Below, in pieces: positions 30,481 through 40,499 of a stretch of DNA of 64,000 nt (its first letter is position 1; every line of letters starts with the position of its first letter). Location: the IMG/VR virus record IMGVR_UViG_3300036715_002236, positions 4,438 through 68,437 of that record. One strand, given 5' to 3'. A program made the translations under genes and the position numbers. The notes below the pieces were generated by a model. The model was given only the letters and a program-made list of their open reading frames with translations. It had not been told where the DNA came from and did not search any database. The DNA is from a virus.

Positions 30481-31071
30481 AACTTGAACTGTCGAAAGAA
30501 CACCATCACTCTACACGCTTATATATAACTGTCAAACAAAAAGCGTTAAGCAATCCAAAATTTCCAAACTTTTTTCGGATACTGAGACGTAAGGTTCGCC
30601 ATGAAGGTTTCAACTGCCCACTGTGGAAAGTTGCTGGCGAGGGTGAGTGCCACATTCGATCCGTCGTCAATCGCATCACCCGTTTTGCTATCAAGGATGG
30701 GCTCACGTTTCGTAAGTCGTTGACCCATAAGGGTTACTAGCTTGTTATTCTGTGATTTCGTGGTCATTGGGGGGAAAAAAGATTGCGACGATAATAAAGG
30801 CAAGAAAGAGGAGGGCATACCCTAACATCCAAAGAGCCCACACAAGGGGCCCAGCGAGCAACCGAGAGGACACTACGCCCCATTCCCACCCACATGCCCC
30901 AAGGACAATCCATGCCGACAGTAGGATGTGGAGGAGGGCAATCATTGAAATGGCGGGAAGGAGAAGTCACACAGACCCTCTCCAAAGCCATCGCTCATCT
31001 GCCCACAGAACTCCTCACCAAGTTTTTTGGAAGGAAACTCGACGATGATTTGATATGGTTTGTTCATAAAA

Positions 31072-31539
31072 TTACCAGGCGAACCCACCAAGCCCACCCG
31101 AACGACGGAGCACCGTGGAGGCGCGTCTGGTAGAGATACGGTCACGGATGGTGCCAGCGGAGACGAGCCCCTTGTTGAAAATGTCGATGAACGGTTGGAG
31201 AGCCTTCTGGCGCTTCGTGGTGATGTAGACCGACACCGTGTGGGTGATGTGCGGGCCCTTACCCACCGTCACGATGTTGTGCTCATCCGAGCTATAGGGC
31301 TTCTTGGCCACTTCGATGGCGTAGGTGCGAGCCTCAAAGCCGCTGCCAGCACGAGCAGCGCTGATGGGGAGAGTGGCGATAACCCAGCCCCGATTGGTGA
31401 CATAGTGGAGCGTGAGAACTCCACGATGGTTGCCCTCATAGACAAGCTTGTTCTTGGACTTCCAAGATGGGCTCTTGAGGTCGGACTTGAGAATACCCTT
31501 GGGCAACTCAGGAGACTTAACGGTGGCGGTCTTGTTCAT
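31072..31539 (-). CDS. hypothetical protein
   Basis: Leaderless ATG after promoter. Confidence 0.65.
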   Translation of the reverse strand: MNKTATVKSPELPKGILKSDLKSPSWKSKNKLVYEGNHRGVLTLHYVTNRGWVIATLPISAARAGSGFEARTYAIEVAKKPYSSDEHNIVTVGKGPHITHTVSVYITTKRQKALQPFIDIFNKGLVSAGTIRDRISTRRASTVLRRSGGLGGFAW

Positions 31540-33300
31540 GTGGTTTAGAGTGACGTTGTTTTTATAAATGTCAAGACTCAACGTTGTGAGATTCGACGGG
31601 AAGTAAATAGCCGTCGGTCTCGTTATCGGCGGCGAATTTCCATGCTAACTCCTTATCGAAGAAAATCTTGGCTATGGACATGTTACCGTGAAAAACGACA
31701 TGAACTTTGGTGGTGTCGTTGAAACTGAGAACTTTACTCGGTATTTCGTGCATGGGAACCACAGTTCCTTTACATTTTTCGCATATCATACCGGCACGAC
31801 CTCCGCGGTTCCCTTCTTTGTGTCGAGTTCGATGGTGACATACTCACCATACTCAAACCACTTTTCAGCAACTTCACGAGCCTCATCGGCATCGTCCGGC
31901 TCTAAGAGGCGAAAAGCTTCATCAATAGCGTCGGGGTTTTTAAACGTGATTTGGATTTTCACTTGACATTTCCTCCAAAGACTTTCTTGAGAGCCTCAAT
32001 CGGCCCCCAAGCGGAAAAGGAGTTGTATTTCTGGCTGCCCTTGTAGTCCCACACACCACAACGTTCACCATCAACGGTAAATCCCCAGCTGTTGCTGACC
32101 TTACTGGGGTCATCTTCACAGTTAGCCTTGAAGCCAATCAGCTTGGTGACCTGAGCGACAGTAAGACCTTCAATGGTGGCAGTTCGGCTGTCACCAGCTT
32201 CATCGACGGGAAGAATAATGGGTTTGGACATAAAATTAGAATAAGGATGTTTTATAAAAAGTCAAGCTTTAATTACATTGAGCTATACAGGTTCATCCAC
32301 GCTCTGGCTGTCCGATTGTCGTCAATCATCTGCCAAATCGTGTCTGCATAATACTCATAGTTGTTCTCGGTGAAGACCGTTGGTTCAAAGATATGAACAC
32401 AAAGGTCTGAGGATTCTCCTGTTCCATATTCGCCTCTACCACTGAAAGTCATACCGTCGATTTTTCCTTTGAATACAAACGACACCTCTGCGCAACCATC
32501 TTTGACTTTAAAAGAAAATCCTTTGACTTTAAAAGAGTCTTTCATGTTAGCTGAGTTTGCTGGCGTAAGGGTGATAACGAACGCGAGACTTGAAGTAGTC
32601 CTTGGAGGGGCCTCGAGGAGCCGTGTGCGAAGCCGTCCACAACTGGCCCTGATACTTCATCAGAATGTGGGCAGACTTACCCATGCGGTTCAGAGCCTCG
32701 AGGATGGTGGTCTTGATGACCTCCGACTCCGTGGCGGGGAACTCATGTTTCTCCAAGATGATTTCAGCGGAACCGGTGTTGACCGCGAGCAATTGCACTT
32801 TGTTGTCCATGTAGATTACAGTGAGGATTATTTTATAAATGTCAAGCTTTACCGTGTTAATAGTCCAAAGAATCCACCGTATGAGAGGCTGCGTCAATAA
32901 GCTCAGCATTAGCGCAACCAACGTGCTCCTCCATGTCGAAGAGGGCATTCTCAATCGAGCCCAATTCATATTGAAGGTCATAGGAGTTATCCGTTGCTTC
33001 GTCAAGAAGGTAGCCTACAATCTCCGCGAGAAAATCCCACTCTTCTCCAAGATTAGAAAGATTTCCCTCTTCCTTTTCCAAAGATTCCACAAGGCGATCT
33101 GATTCTCGAAGAAGTTTTTTAACTTCACGCTCTCTCTTGATGAGGGCGGCACGGCTCTGCTTGATTTCGGTGGCACGAAATGCCATCTCTTTAAGAATTT
33201 CTGTTACGTTCATGGGAATAGAATTGATGAGTTTTTATAAAATGTCAATCAAAATAAGTGATTTTCTGATGTTTTATCTTCTGACTCAATACTTATAGTC

Positions 33301-33444
33301 ATGGGAAGAAAGAAATTACATCGAACAAAAGAAGAGAAAAATGAACAACATCGAATCCGTTCCGCTAGATACTATGAGAGAAACAGAGCCAAAGTCTGTG
33401 AAAGAGTCATGCTGCGGTATCTACGGATTAAGAAACAAGCTTAA
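33301..33444 (+). CDS. small basic ORF overlapping GIY-YIG gene (copy 3, 47 aa)
   Basis: MGRKKLHRTKEEKNEQHRIRSARYYERNRAKVCERVMLRYLRIKKQA. Confidence 0.8.
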   Translation: MGRKKLHRTKEEKNEQHRIRSARYYERNRAKVCERVMLRYLRIKKQA

Positions 33445-34279
33445 CGAAAAATGGTATGTTGGGCAGAGCTTGGATATGCACAAGCGTTGGTTGAATGACT
33501 ACAAACGAATGAAGTGTTCTCGCCAACCAAAAATTTACAATGCTCTCAAAAAATATGGCTACGATGGATTTGACAAGGTGATATTGGAGGAATGTCCAAA
33601 CGATATTAATTTTTTGAATCGGAGAGAAATTTTTTGGATAAAATATTACAATTCTATGTTGAACGGATATAATCTTACCGGAGGAGGTGGAGCAAAAGGA
33701 ACATACTCACCTGAATCAATTGAAAAAATGAGAAATGCCCAACTGGGGAAGAATCATACGGAAGAAACAAAAGAAAAAATCAGAAAAATTACCACTGGAA
33801 AAAAACAATCTAACGAAACAATATCGAAGAGAAAGTATTCAAATAAGAATTTCAAACACACTGAGACATCGAAGCGAAAAATGTCCATCTTAGCTACCGG
33901 AAGAAAACATACAGAACAGACGAAGAAAAAATTATCTGAGATGCAAATGGGTCGGATTCGTTCTCCTCGTTCCGAAGAAACAAAGCGAAGAATCAGTGAA
34001 GCAAAATTGGGATGGAATCCTTCAACCGAAACACGAATGAATATGAGTAAGGGTCAAAAAGGAAGAATTTTTTCCGACGAACATCGACGGAAAATATCTC
34101 AGAGTGTAAAAGGAAAAATTATGCCAATTGAGGCGATAGAGAAAATTCGTCAATGGAATCTTGGAAGAAAATGTTCCGAAGAATCAAAAAAGAAAATGAG
34201 TGAGTCCCGAAAAAAATATTTGGAGAGAAAAAAAGGGATAGCGAATTCCACTTCGCCAGAGCCCCTGCTCTCAAAGTAA
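33341..34279 (+). CDS. GIY-YIG homing endonuclease with multiple NUMOD3 repeats
   Basis: GIYGLRN...WYVGQS; GYNLTGGG; HTEETKEKIR-type repeats. Confidence 0.9.
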   Translation: MNNIESVPLDTMRETEPKSVKESCCGIYGLRNKLNEKWYVGQSLDMHKRWLNDYKRMKCSRQPKIYNALKKYGYDGFDKVILEECPNDINFLNRREIFWIKYYNSMLNGYNLTGGGGAKGTYSPESIEKMRNAQLGKNHTEETKEKIRKITTGKKQSNETISKRKYSNKNFKHTETSKRKMSILATGRKHTEQTKKKLSEMQMGRIRSPRSEETKRRISEAKLGWNPSTETRMNMSKGQKGRIFSDEHRRKISQSVKGKIMPIEAIEKIRQWNLGRKCSEESKKKMSESRKKYLERKKGIANSTSPEPLLSK

Positions 34280-35668
34280 TTCCAAATGTTCTGCCAAATC
34301 GCCATCGTTTAAGGTATCAAGACAATTAAGTTTTGCCTGAACGCGACGACAAATATTTTCTTCAATGGTTTTTGCCCCATAGACAATGATTTGATAGGAC
34401 TTGGTAAGACCGTTTAATCGCCAAATTCTTCCCAGAGCCTGACGAAGATTCTGTGCCGACCAGTTCGGGCTGATGATGGAAGCTCGAGCGTGTTTACCGT
34501 TCAAGTCGTGGAGGGAAATGCCCGTGCCACCCGCCGCGATGTTGATAATAAGAATCCGCTTCGTGTCCGCGTTGAAGCCGGTGATGTCCGCCTTACGGTC
34601 AGAATCACGTTGACCACCGACCACGAAACCGATTTCCTCCGCGGGAATTTTCCAAGTGTCAGTGAGACGCTTGAAGATGCCACCAACGGAATCTTCAAAG
34701 TTGACGAAGATGCAAACCGACTTCCCCTCATCGTAAAGCTCACGAGCCTTTTCCGCGAACAGAGGAACCTTGCAAAGTTCGGCGAGACGACGAGCCTTCA
34801 TCATCACCGCGAAGATGTGCTCACTGTAGCCCTTGCTCTTTTCCTCGAGCTGAGCCAGTTCATACTCCATTTCATCGTAGACCGACTGAAGCTTCTTTTG
34901 GTTTGCACCAAGGTCGAAGGCATCCGCGACGATGTGAGACTCAGGGAAGATTTTCCCGAACATGTCAACGGTCATCCGCGACGTGCACTTGGTCGTCTGA
35001 TAAAGATAGTTGTGGAGAGCCATCATCGACTCAGTGGCTTCCTTCGAAATCATGTCCCAGCTCATCAAGCCGAAACGACCAACCCACTTAGCACCGTGGA
35101 TACGGCAAAAATCGTTGAAGTTATAAAGCTTGTGCATGTTCGTCAGATAACCGAACGCCTTCATCTCCAAAGGAGAACAAGCGACGGTTGCAGACGACAC
35201 AAGGACACGATACCCCTGCAACTTGAGAGCGATGAGCATCCACGAATTCGAGGTGTTCGCACCCTTGCACTTGTGGCCCTCATCGACAATGACAAGGGAG
35301 TTTTGGGGAAAGGAAAACACGGGGATTTCCGTAATCGCGTTGACCTTAAGTGTGGACGGGTCCTTCAGCTTCTTCCACTTCATCCAGCGGGTAGAACCGC
35401 GGGAGAGTTTTTCGAAGTTGACGATAGCCTTCGGTTTGAGGTTGAAGAGTTTGACGACGCTCTCCCAAGCTGGAATGACAGCTTTGGGAGAAATAACGAC
35501 CACAGAAACATTCATCTCCCGAGCGATAGCAGAAGCACAATACATCTTACCACATCCGGTTTCGGAAGTGTCTACTGCGAAGCCGTTGATATAAAGGCTA
35601 TCCACCAAGGTCTTAACGTGGAGGATTTGCGGTTCGAGCAAGCCACTCGAGTTGATTGTGTTAGTCAT
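34271..35668 (-). CDS. superfamily 2 (SNF2-like) helicase
   Basis: TGCGK, DEGH, SAT, GGTGISL, QALGRIWR motifs. Confidence 0.9.
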   Translation of the reverse strand: MTNTINSSGLLEPQILHVKTLVDSLYINGFAVDTSETGCGKMYCASAIAREMNVSVVVISPKAVIPAWESVVKLFNLKPKAIVNFEKLSRGSTRWMKWKKLKDPSTLKVNAITEIPVFSFPQNSLVIVDEGHKCKGANTSNSWMLIALKLQGYRVLVSSATVACSPLEMKAFGYLTNMHKLYNFNDFCRIHGAKWVGRFGLMSWDMISKEATESMMALHNYLYQTTKCTSRMTVDMFGKIFPESHIVADAFDLGANQKKLQSVYDEMEYELAQLEEKSKGYSEHIFAVMMKARRLAELCKVPLFAEKARELYDEGKSVCIFVNFEDSVGGIFKRLTDTWKIPAEEIGFVVGGQRDSDRKADITGFNADTKRILIINIAAGGTGISLHDLNGKHARASIISPNWSAQNLRQALGRIWRLNGLTKSYQIIVYGAKTIEENICRRVQAKLNCLDTLNDGDLAEHLELL

Positions 35669-35754
35669 TTAAATGAGGATGAATTGATTTTTATAATAGT
35701 CAATATAAATAGTAAATTTCTCACTTTTATCTTCTCACCGTTATACTTATAGAC

Positions 35755-35901
35755 ATGGGAAGAAAGAAGCTATATCACACAAAGGAAGAACAAGATGCAA
35801 ACATTCGAGCCAAGTCAAAGCGCTACTACGAACGAAACAGAGAAGCTGTCAAAGCCAGAGTCATGTTACGGTATCTACGGACTCAGAAACAACATGGATA
35901 A
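35755..35901 (+). CDS. small basic ORF (copy 4, 48 aa)
   Basis: MGRKKLYHTKEEQDANIRAKSKRYYERNREAVKARVMLRYLRTQKQHG. Confidence 0.8.
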   Translation: MGRKKLYHTKEEQDANIRAKSKRYYERNREAVKARVMLRYLRTQKQHG

Positions 35902-35920
35902 CCTCAGGAACAGAGAATAA
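35795..35920 (+). pseudogene. truncated GIY-YIG remnant
   Basis: +1 frame reads ...ESCYGIYGLRNN then diverges and stops. Confidence 0.7.
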
Positions 35921-36558
35921 AAAGTTGGGAAAACTTCAGAATATTCCAGAAGCGTGGACGCTTTTTGAAAAAAGATAAATACCAACGGTTCACTTCTTGA
36001 GAGTTTGTGCTAACATCTTGGTAGCCATCACCTTGTCTTGGCAGTAAGTGGCGCACTTCATGTGGTTTTGGGCGGAACTTTGGACTCAGCTGAAATCAGC
36101 TCTAAGGAGTTGATTACCAGTTCCATAAAGGTTTTCTTGTCGATGAGGATGTTTACATCCGTGCCGCTACCATTGGCAGCGGCGGTGGCGACCTCGTCAG
36201 CCTCATCATAGGTCTCGAATTCCCCGATATAGACGGGCTTGCAGTTGAAGGTAATTCCGTAGAACTTGGTTTTCATAGTATGGTTGCGATTTTAAGGTTG
36301 TTCCCGTTGATTGGACGGACAAGGTAGGACACGTTGCGGTCACTGTTCCAACCCGTCCACACAAACCGTCTCCCGTCGAACAGAACCACCTTTGCGGTCA
36401 GTTTCTTGACATCATCCCATCCGTTCGGACAGGCAACCTCGAGATACTCGCGGTTGATATCAGGCCGAAGAGAGTGGCGAACAACAAGTTCCTTGGAAAG
36501 AAGAATGGTAGATTTCATGTAGACAACACTGATGAAGTTTTTATAAATGTCAACTAAA

Positions 36559-37143
36559 TTACGGACACCGGTAGACTCGTTCAAGGGTCGTGACTTTGAA
36601 CTTTAACTCATTGCCCACCGGGGCATCTGGGTTAAAACCTCGCGGCTGAACGCGGGTGAAGTTGTTGATAATCTTGAAACGGTTATTTAGGTGCTGAGCT
36701 AGGTGGTAAATATCCAGAGTATTGTCCCCGAAATTAAAACTTGACAAATATAGATTTTCCACACTGGGAGTGTCGATGAACTGTTCCGAAATCTTTTGCT
36801 CAGCCTCCATAACCGCCTCCCCGCGAACCTTCGCCACAGTTTTACCAAACTGATAATCAGCGGAGCTTTTACCCCCTTGGTTGGTTTTTACTTGGAGAAG
36901 AGCCCTGTAATCGGGAAGATGGAAATCAACAACACCGCCCGACTCGTAAAAGGTGGCTCGGACTTCGTAGTGCTTGAACACTTTGTGCATGATACGTTCG
37001 TAGGCGAGGCCGGCGCCGCCGCCGTCCATCTTAAAGTCAGTCGCGGCAATGTAGCTCTCATTGAGACTGTTGAACCGACGAAGGGTTAAATCGTGAGCAC
37101 GCTTAACTACTTCAGCGAAAGGAACGTGATTGGTGTTGGTCAT
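36559..37143 (-). CDS. PD-(D/E)xK-like nuclease
   Basis: GLAYE...VDFHL...LLQVKT. Confidence 0.55.
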   Translation of the reverse strand: MTNTNHVPFAEVVKRAHDLTLRRFNSLNESYIAATDFKMDGGGAGLAYERIMHKVFKHYEVRATFYESGGVVDFHLPDYRALLQVKTNQGGKSSADYQFGKTVAKVRGEAVMEAEQKISEQFIDTPSVENLYLSSFNFGDNTLDIYHLAQHLNNRFKIINNFTRVQPRGFNPDAPVGNELKFKVTTLERVYRCP

Positions 37144-37668
37144 GTGAGTGCCGATAGTGAGACTTAATTTATAAAAGTCAAGAATTACTTCTTGGCCACC
37201 GGCATCTTATTGAGGAGGGCAGCCTTCTGAGCCAGAATGTCAGCAATCTGCGCATCCAGCTTATCGATAGCAGCCTGAAGAACCTCAGACTGAGAAACCA
37301 GTGAGGCGCTGGAACAGAGAGCCACATCCCACTTACAGGTGTGTTCAACGTAGCCGTGAGCCGCATCAATCTCGTAGAGGAGTCCGGCGATAGCGATGAA
37401 TCGCTTCGTTTCCAGATGGATGGGCAGGACGGCACAGTCAGACCCATGAGAGACAGGCATCGTAACCTCCAAGATTGAGCCGTTGTAAGTCGCTACTTGA
37501 CGGACAAAACCCTGATTACCATGTGTGAACTGATTGACCGCAACATCGGCACGATGAAGGCTGTGGGGGAAGTTGAGAAGCCCGAAGTCACGGGCGAGTT
37601 TCAAAACGGTAGTCTGGGAGGCAGAAATAATCTTCATATTGGCGAACGTAGTATGTTTTTATAAAATG

Positions 37669-38364
37669 TCAAGAGGATTTAGGAGTCCACTGCTTGAGGA
37701 GTTGGCGGTTCATACGAAACTGTCCTAAGAGCGTGGGATTGAAGTGAATAAAGCCATCTCGTTTAAGATGAAGCGTAGTTCGGCCCTTTTGAGAAATGGA
37801 AAACTTCATCAAAGTCTTTCCCGTATCAGGGTCATTCAGCTTATTACCGCTCCAGCAAAGGTTGTTGCAGTGTTGGAGGATTTTCCAGAAATTTGCCACA
37901 TAGACTTGAACATAGCGATACGTTTCAATCTCATGTTTAACAACGACTAAGATAGTTGATTCACGCACATCACAGTCCGTATTTTTAGCAACCATGCGAT
38001 AACCATCGATGATTCTGTTTAGGACTTCCGACCCACACTTAGCCTTGGCAAATTCGGAAATCTGAAACCCAGAGCTATCAGCTTTGTCGAGAAAGTATTC
38101 AAGAGGCGTCTCAACAAAGTTGCTGGTGGTCGTGGTCTTGCACTCAATGGGGACACCGGCTCCCCGGTGGAGGATAAAATCCACAACGTTGCCAAACTTA
38201 TTTCCACCACGAGCCACTCCACCATGTTCGCCGAGGCTCTCAGATCCAATAGCTGCACAAACGTCGGATTCAACATTGAACATTTCAAGTTCATTGTTGT
38301 AGGTAGAATAAAGAGCGGCCTTAATCTTGTTAAAGTCGTTGACGGTAATTGACGTTTGATTCAT
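37669..38364 (-). CDS. PD-(D/E)xK restriction-endonuclease-like protein
   Basis: VDFIL....PIECKT; leaderless start. Confidence 0.6.
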   Translation of the reverse strand: MNQTSITVNDFNKIKAALYSTYNNELEMFNVESDVCAAIGSESLGEHGGVARGGNKFGNVVDFILHRGAGVPIECKTTTTSNFVETPLEYFLDKADSSGFQISEFAKAKCGSEVLNRIIDGYRMVAKNTDCDVRESTILVVVKHEIETYRYVQVYVANFWKILQHCNNLCWSGNKLNDPDTGKTLMKFSISQKGRTTLHLKRDGFIHFNPTLLGQFRMNRQLLKQWTPKSS

Positions 38365-39752
38365 GTCGGTGACATTGAGACTTGTTTTATAAATGTCGAG
38401 CTTAATCTTGAATATCGCTGAAGACCTGGTCATCAATACAAAAAGATCCTTCCAAATAGTCTGTATCGGTGGGTAGTGATTCGTTGTCGGCTTGCTTGAT
38501 GGCGTCCTCAAGGGACTCAGCTTCAATGTGCATGACGGCAGTGACTGTCCAGCTGACGGGAATTTTATAGGTTTTCATTTAGAGAAGGCGGTCAGAGAAG
38601 ATGTTGAGAAGGTCGTCCTCATTGTCAACACCGTGGCCGTATAAATCGGTCACGGCATCGTCAATCAGTTTGTCGTTGGCGTCAATCCACTGCTTGTAGA
38701 TAAAGCCTTGGCCATTGAAGTCGAGGCGATACGCATGTTCAGTGGTTACACCGTGAGAAACAATTTCGATGCGGTTCATAAATTACTCCTTGATGAGCGT
38801 GACAGAACCGATTTCCACATAGTCGTCCTCAGTGTCGGTAATTTGAGAATCTTCAAATTCTCCATTGGCGACGATTTCCTTAGCCTCCTCAGCGGTTTCA
38901 GCTTCGACTTCGATATACTGAGTGCGTTCAAATTGTAAAGTAACTTGGAATTTGTTCATAGGGTTATATTGGATGATAGAATATAAAAAGTCCAGCTTAA
39001 TCGTTCAAAATCGTGATGGTAAACTTTCTGTCCTGATCGGTGAAAACTTCCATCTCACCGTCATACCCGTCCTCATCCCAAACCGGAAAGAAGGTCATCA
39101 GCTTTCCCGTCCTTTCTGACTCAACGTTGAATCCCACATCACACGCGTCGTCGTAGACACGGCTGTAGAGCGGGCCAAACTTTCCAGCCAATGCGGTGAA
39201 GTCACTGCGCTCAGCAACACCACAGCCGTTTTCCCAGCTGAACATATCGGAGCTGTAGATGGGAATCTCGAGTTTCATGTTATGCCTTTTGAACGGCGTT
39301 GACCTTCACGATTTCAGAGATAATCTCACGACCATCTCCGTTAACGAAGTCATTTTCACCAAACTGTTCTGCAAGGGCTTGGGTCTCGGCCTCCACTTCA
39401 ATTTCGTGGATGGTTTCAACGTGGATGGTTACAATATACTTTTTCATGTAGTTTTTCATGTAGTTACAGTGATGAAATTTTTATAAATATCAAGTCTTTT
39501 GGACGCCGGCGAGACTGACAGTGACTTTGGTTGCGTTCCACGAACAGAGATAGCCCACGATGTCGCGGGCGGCCCACTTGGCAAAACGCTTGTTGATGGT
39601 GTCAACGAAAACCTGCTTCGGGTCTTCGTCGGAGAAGTAGTAGGTGACTTTCCATGTGCGAACTTGAGGAATCATTTTTGTAGAATGAGACTTATTTTAT
39701 AGATGTCAAGCTTCATTCACGTCGAGTCCGATCAGAAAAAGATCGTTTTCGG

Positions 39753-39781
39753 CTTGACTTTTTATAAAATATGTTTATGCT
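39753..39781 (+). promoter_or_regulatory. rightward copy of the early promoter
   Basis: CTTGACTTTTTATAAAATATGTTTATGCT. Confidence 0.65.
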
Positions 39782-39816
39782 TGCGCTACGGCGAGGCTGC
39801 GCTGGTTTCCAGAAAC

Positions 39817-40452
39817 TTAAGTCCTTGATAACAAAGCTCTTCTGGTTTCAGCAGCAGCCCAATCTTCGGGTGTTGGCCACTCCGGTTCGAGTCCAGCTTC
39901 AATTTCCCACGGTTCCATTTCATTGTCATCTGTTTTATGTATAGGTTTTTGCGACATCCACAATTTCACCGTAGGAGTCAGTAATTTCCAACCCTTTCCA
40001 GATTTTGACTTTTCTAATATTGAGATAGTGTGATAACGTCGGATTTTTTTCTGGGAGGAAAGCTCGTAACATGTTCCTGTGAACAGTTCTCCCGATTTGT
40101 GTATAAACGTGTAAACTCCCAATGGATAATCTTTTTCGTTTTTTGGACAAGGGCAAGAAGCGTCGAATTTGAGATTGTAAACTTTTGATTTTTCAAATTT
40201 TGCAACATCCAGATATTTTTGTTCCACAACCAGCAACTCTACTTCTGTAAGATGTGGAAGTTCCTCAACAACGATAAATTTGAAGCCTGCTTCACCGTGT
40301 AAGTTCCACGCATTCTGTAACTTAGCGTTTCTGTGCTTATTGTTGCGGAGGGTATATCTGTGGCCATATCGCCAACGTTCTTCCATCTGTATAGAGCTAC
40401 CAACATAATATTTTTCACTTTCAATGTGGACAATTTTGTATATTCCTTTCAT
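39817..40452 (-). CDS. GIY-YIG homing endonuclease
   Basis: MKGIYKIV...YYVGSS...H...LRNNKHRNAKLQNAWN..G. Confidence 0.88.
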   Translation of the reverse strand: MKGIYKIVHIESEKYYVGSSIQMEERWRYGHRYTLRNNKHRNAKLQNAWNLHGEAGFKFIVVEELPHLTEVELLVVEQKYLDVAKFEKSKVYNLKFDASCPCPKNEKDYPLGVYTFIHKSGELFTGTCYELSSQKKIRRYHTISILEKSKSGKGWKLLTPTVKLWMSQKPIHKTDDNEMEPWEIEAGLEPEWPTPEDWAAAETRRALLSRT

Positions 40453-40499
40453 GATCATAAATATAAATCAATTTTGATTATCAACGACTTATATGAGTA

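Larger units (their letters stand above)
4404..39709 (-). repeat. dispersed array of ~50 conserved early-type promoters
   Basis: Plus-strand TTTTATAAA[T/A]GTCAAG recurs at e.g. 4404, 4892, 5733, 6133, 6887, 7724, 8468, 9016, 10692, 11321 ... 38385, 39695; minus strand reads TTGACA-16/17nt-CACTGT-like-6/7nt-ATG. Confidence 0.92.

Noticed and set aside
30769-30780. G6A6 run as a programmed frameshift site
   Set aside because: The upstream ORF ends normally and the next ORF has its own overlapping ATG (MTTKSQ), so no shift is required.
32491-32536. Direct repeat TTTGACTTTAAAAGA x2
   Set aside because: It lies inside a coding sequence (SFKVK repeated) and has no separate evidence of function.
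34490-35752. 420-aa plus-strand ORF and many similar antisense ORFs
   Set aside because: These are shadows of minus-strand genes with biased codon use; the helicase on the opposite strand carries all the motifs.
4425-38526. Shared LDIYK/LDFYK peptide near the N-terminus of many ORFs (and FYKCQ/FINVK on the plus strand)
   Set aside because: It is the translated promoter repeat; the 36-nt spacing from CTTGAC to ATG keeps it in frame. True starts are the downstream ATGs.
4404-39709. CRISPR array or attC-type integron suggested by the repeated motif
   Set aside because: Repeats are separated by whole genes of variable length, are degenerate and match -35/-10 promoter geometry; no cas gene, integrase or attC hairpin is visible.
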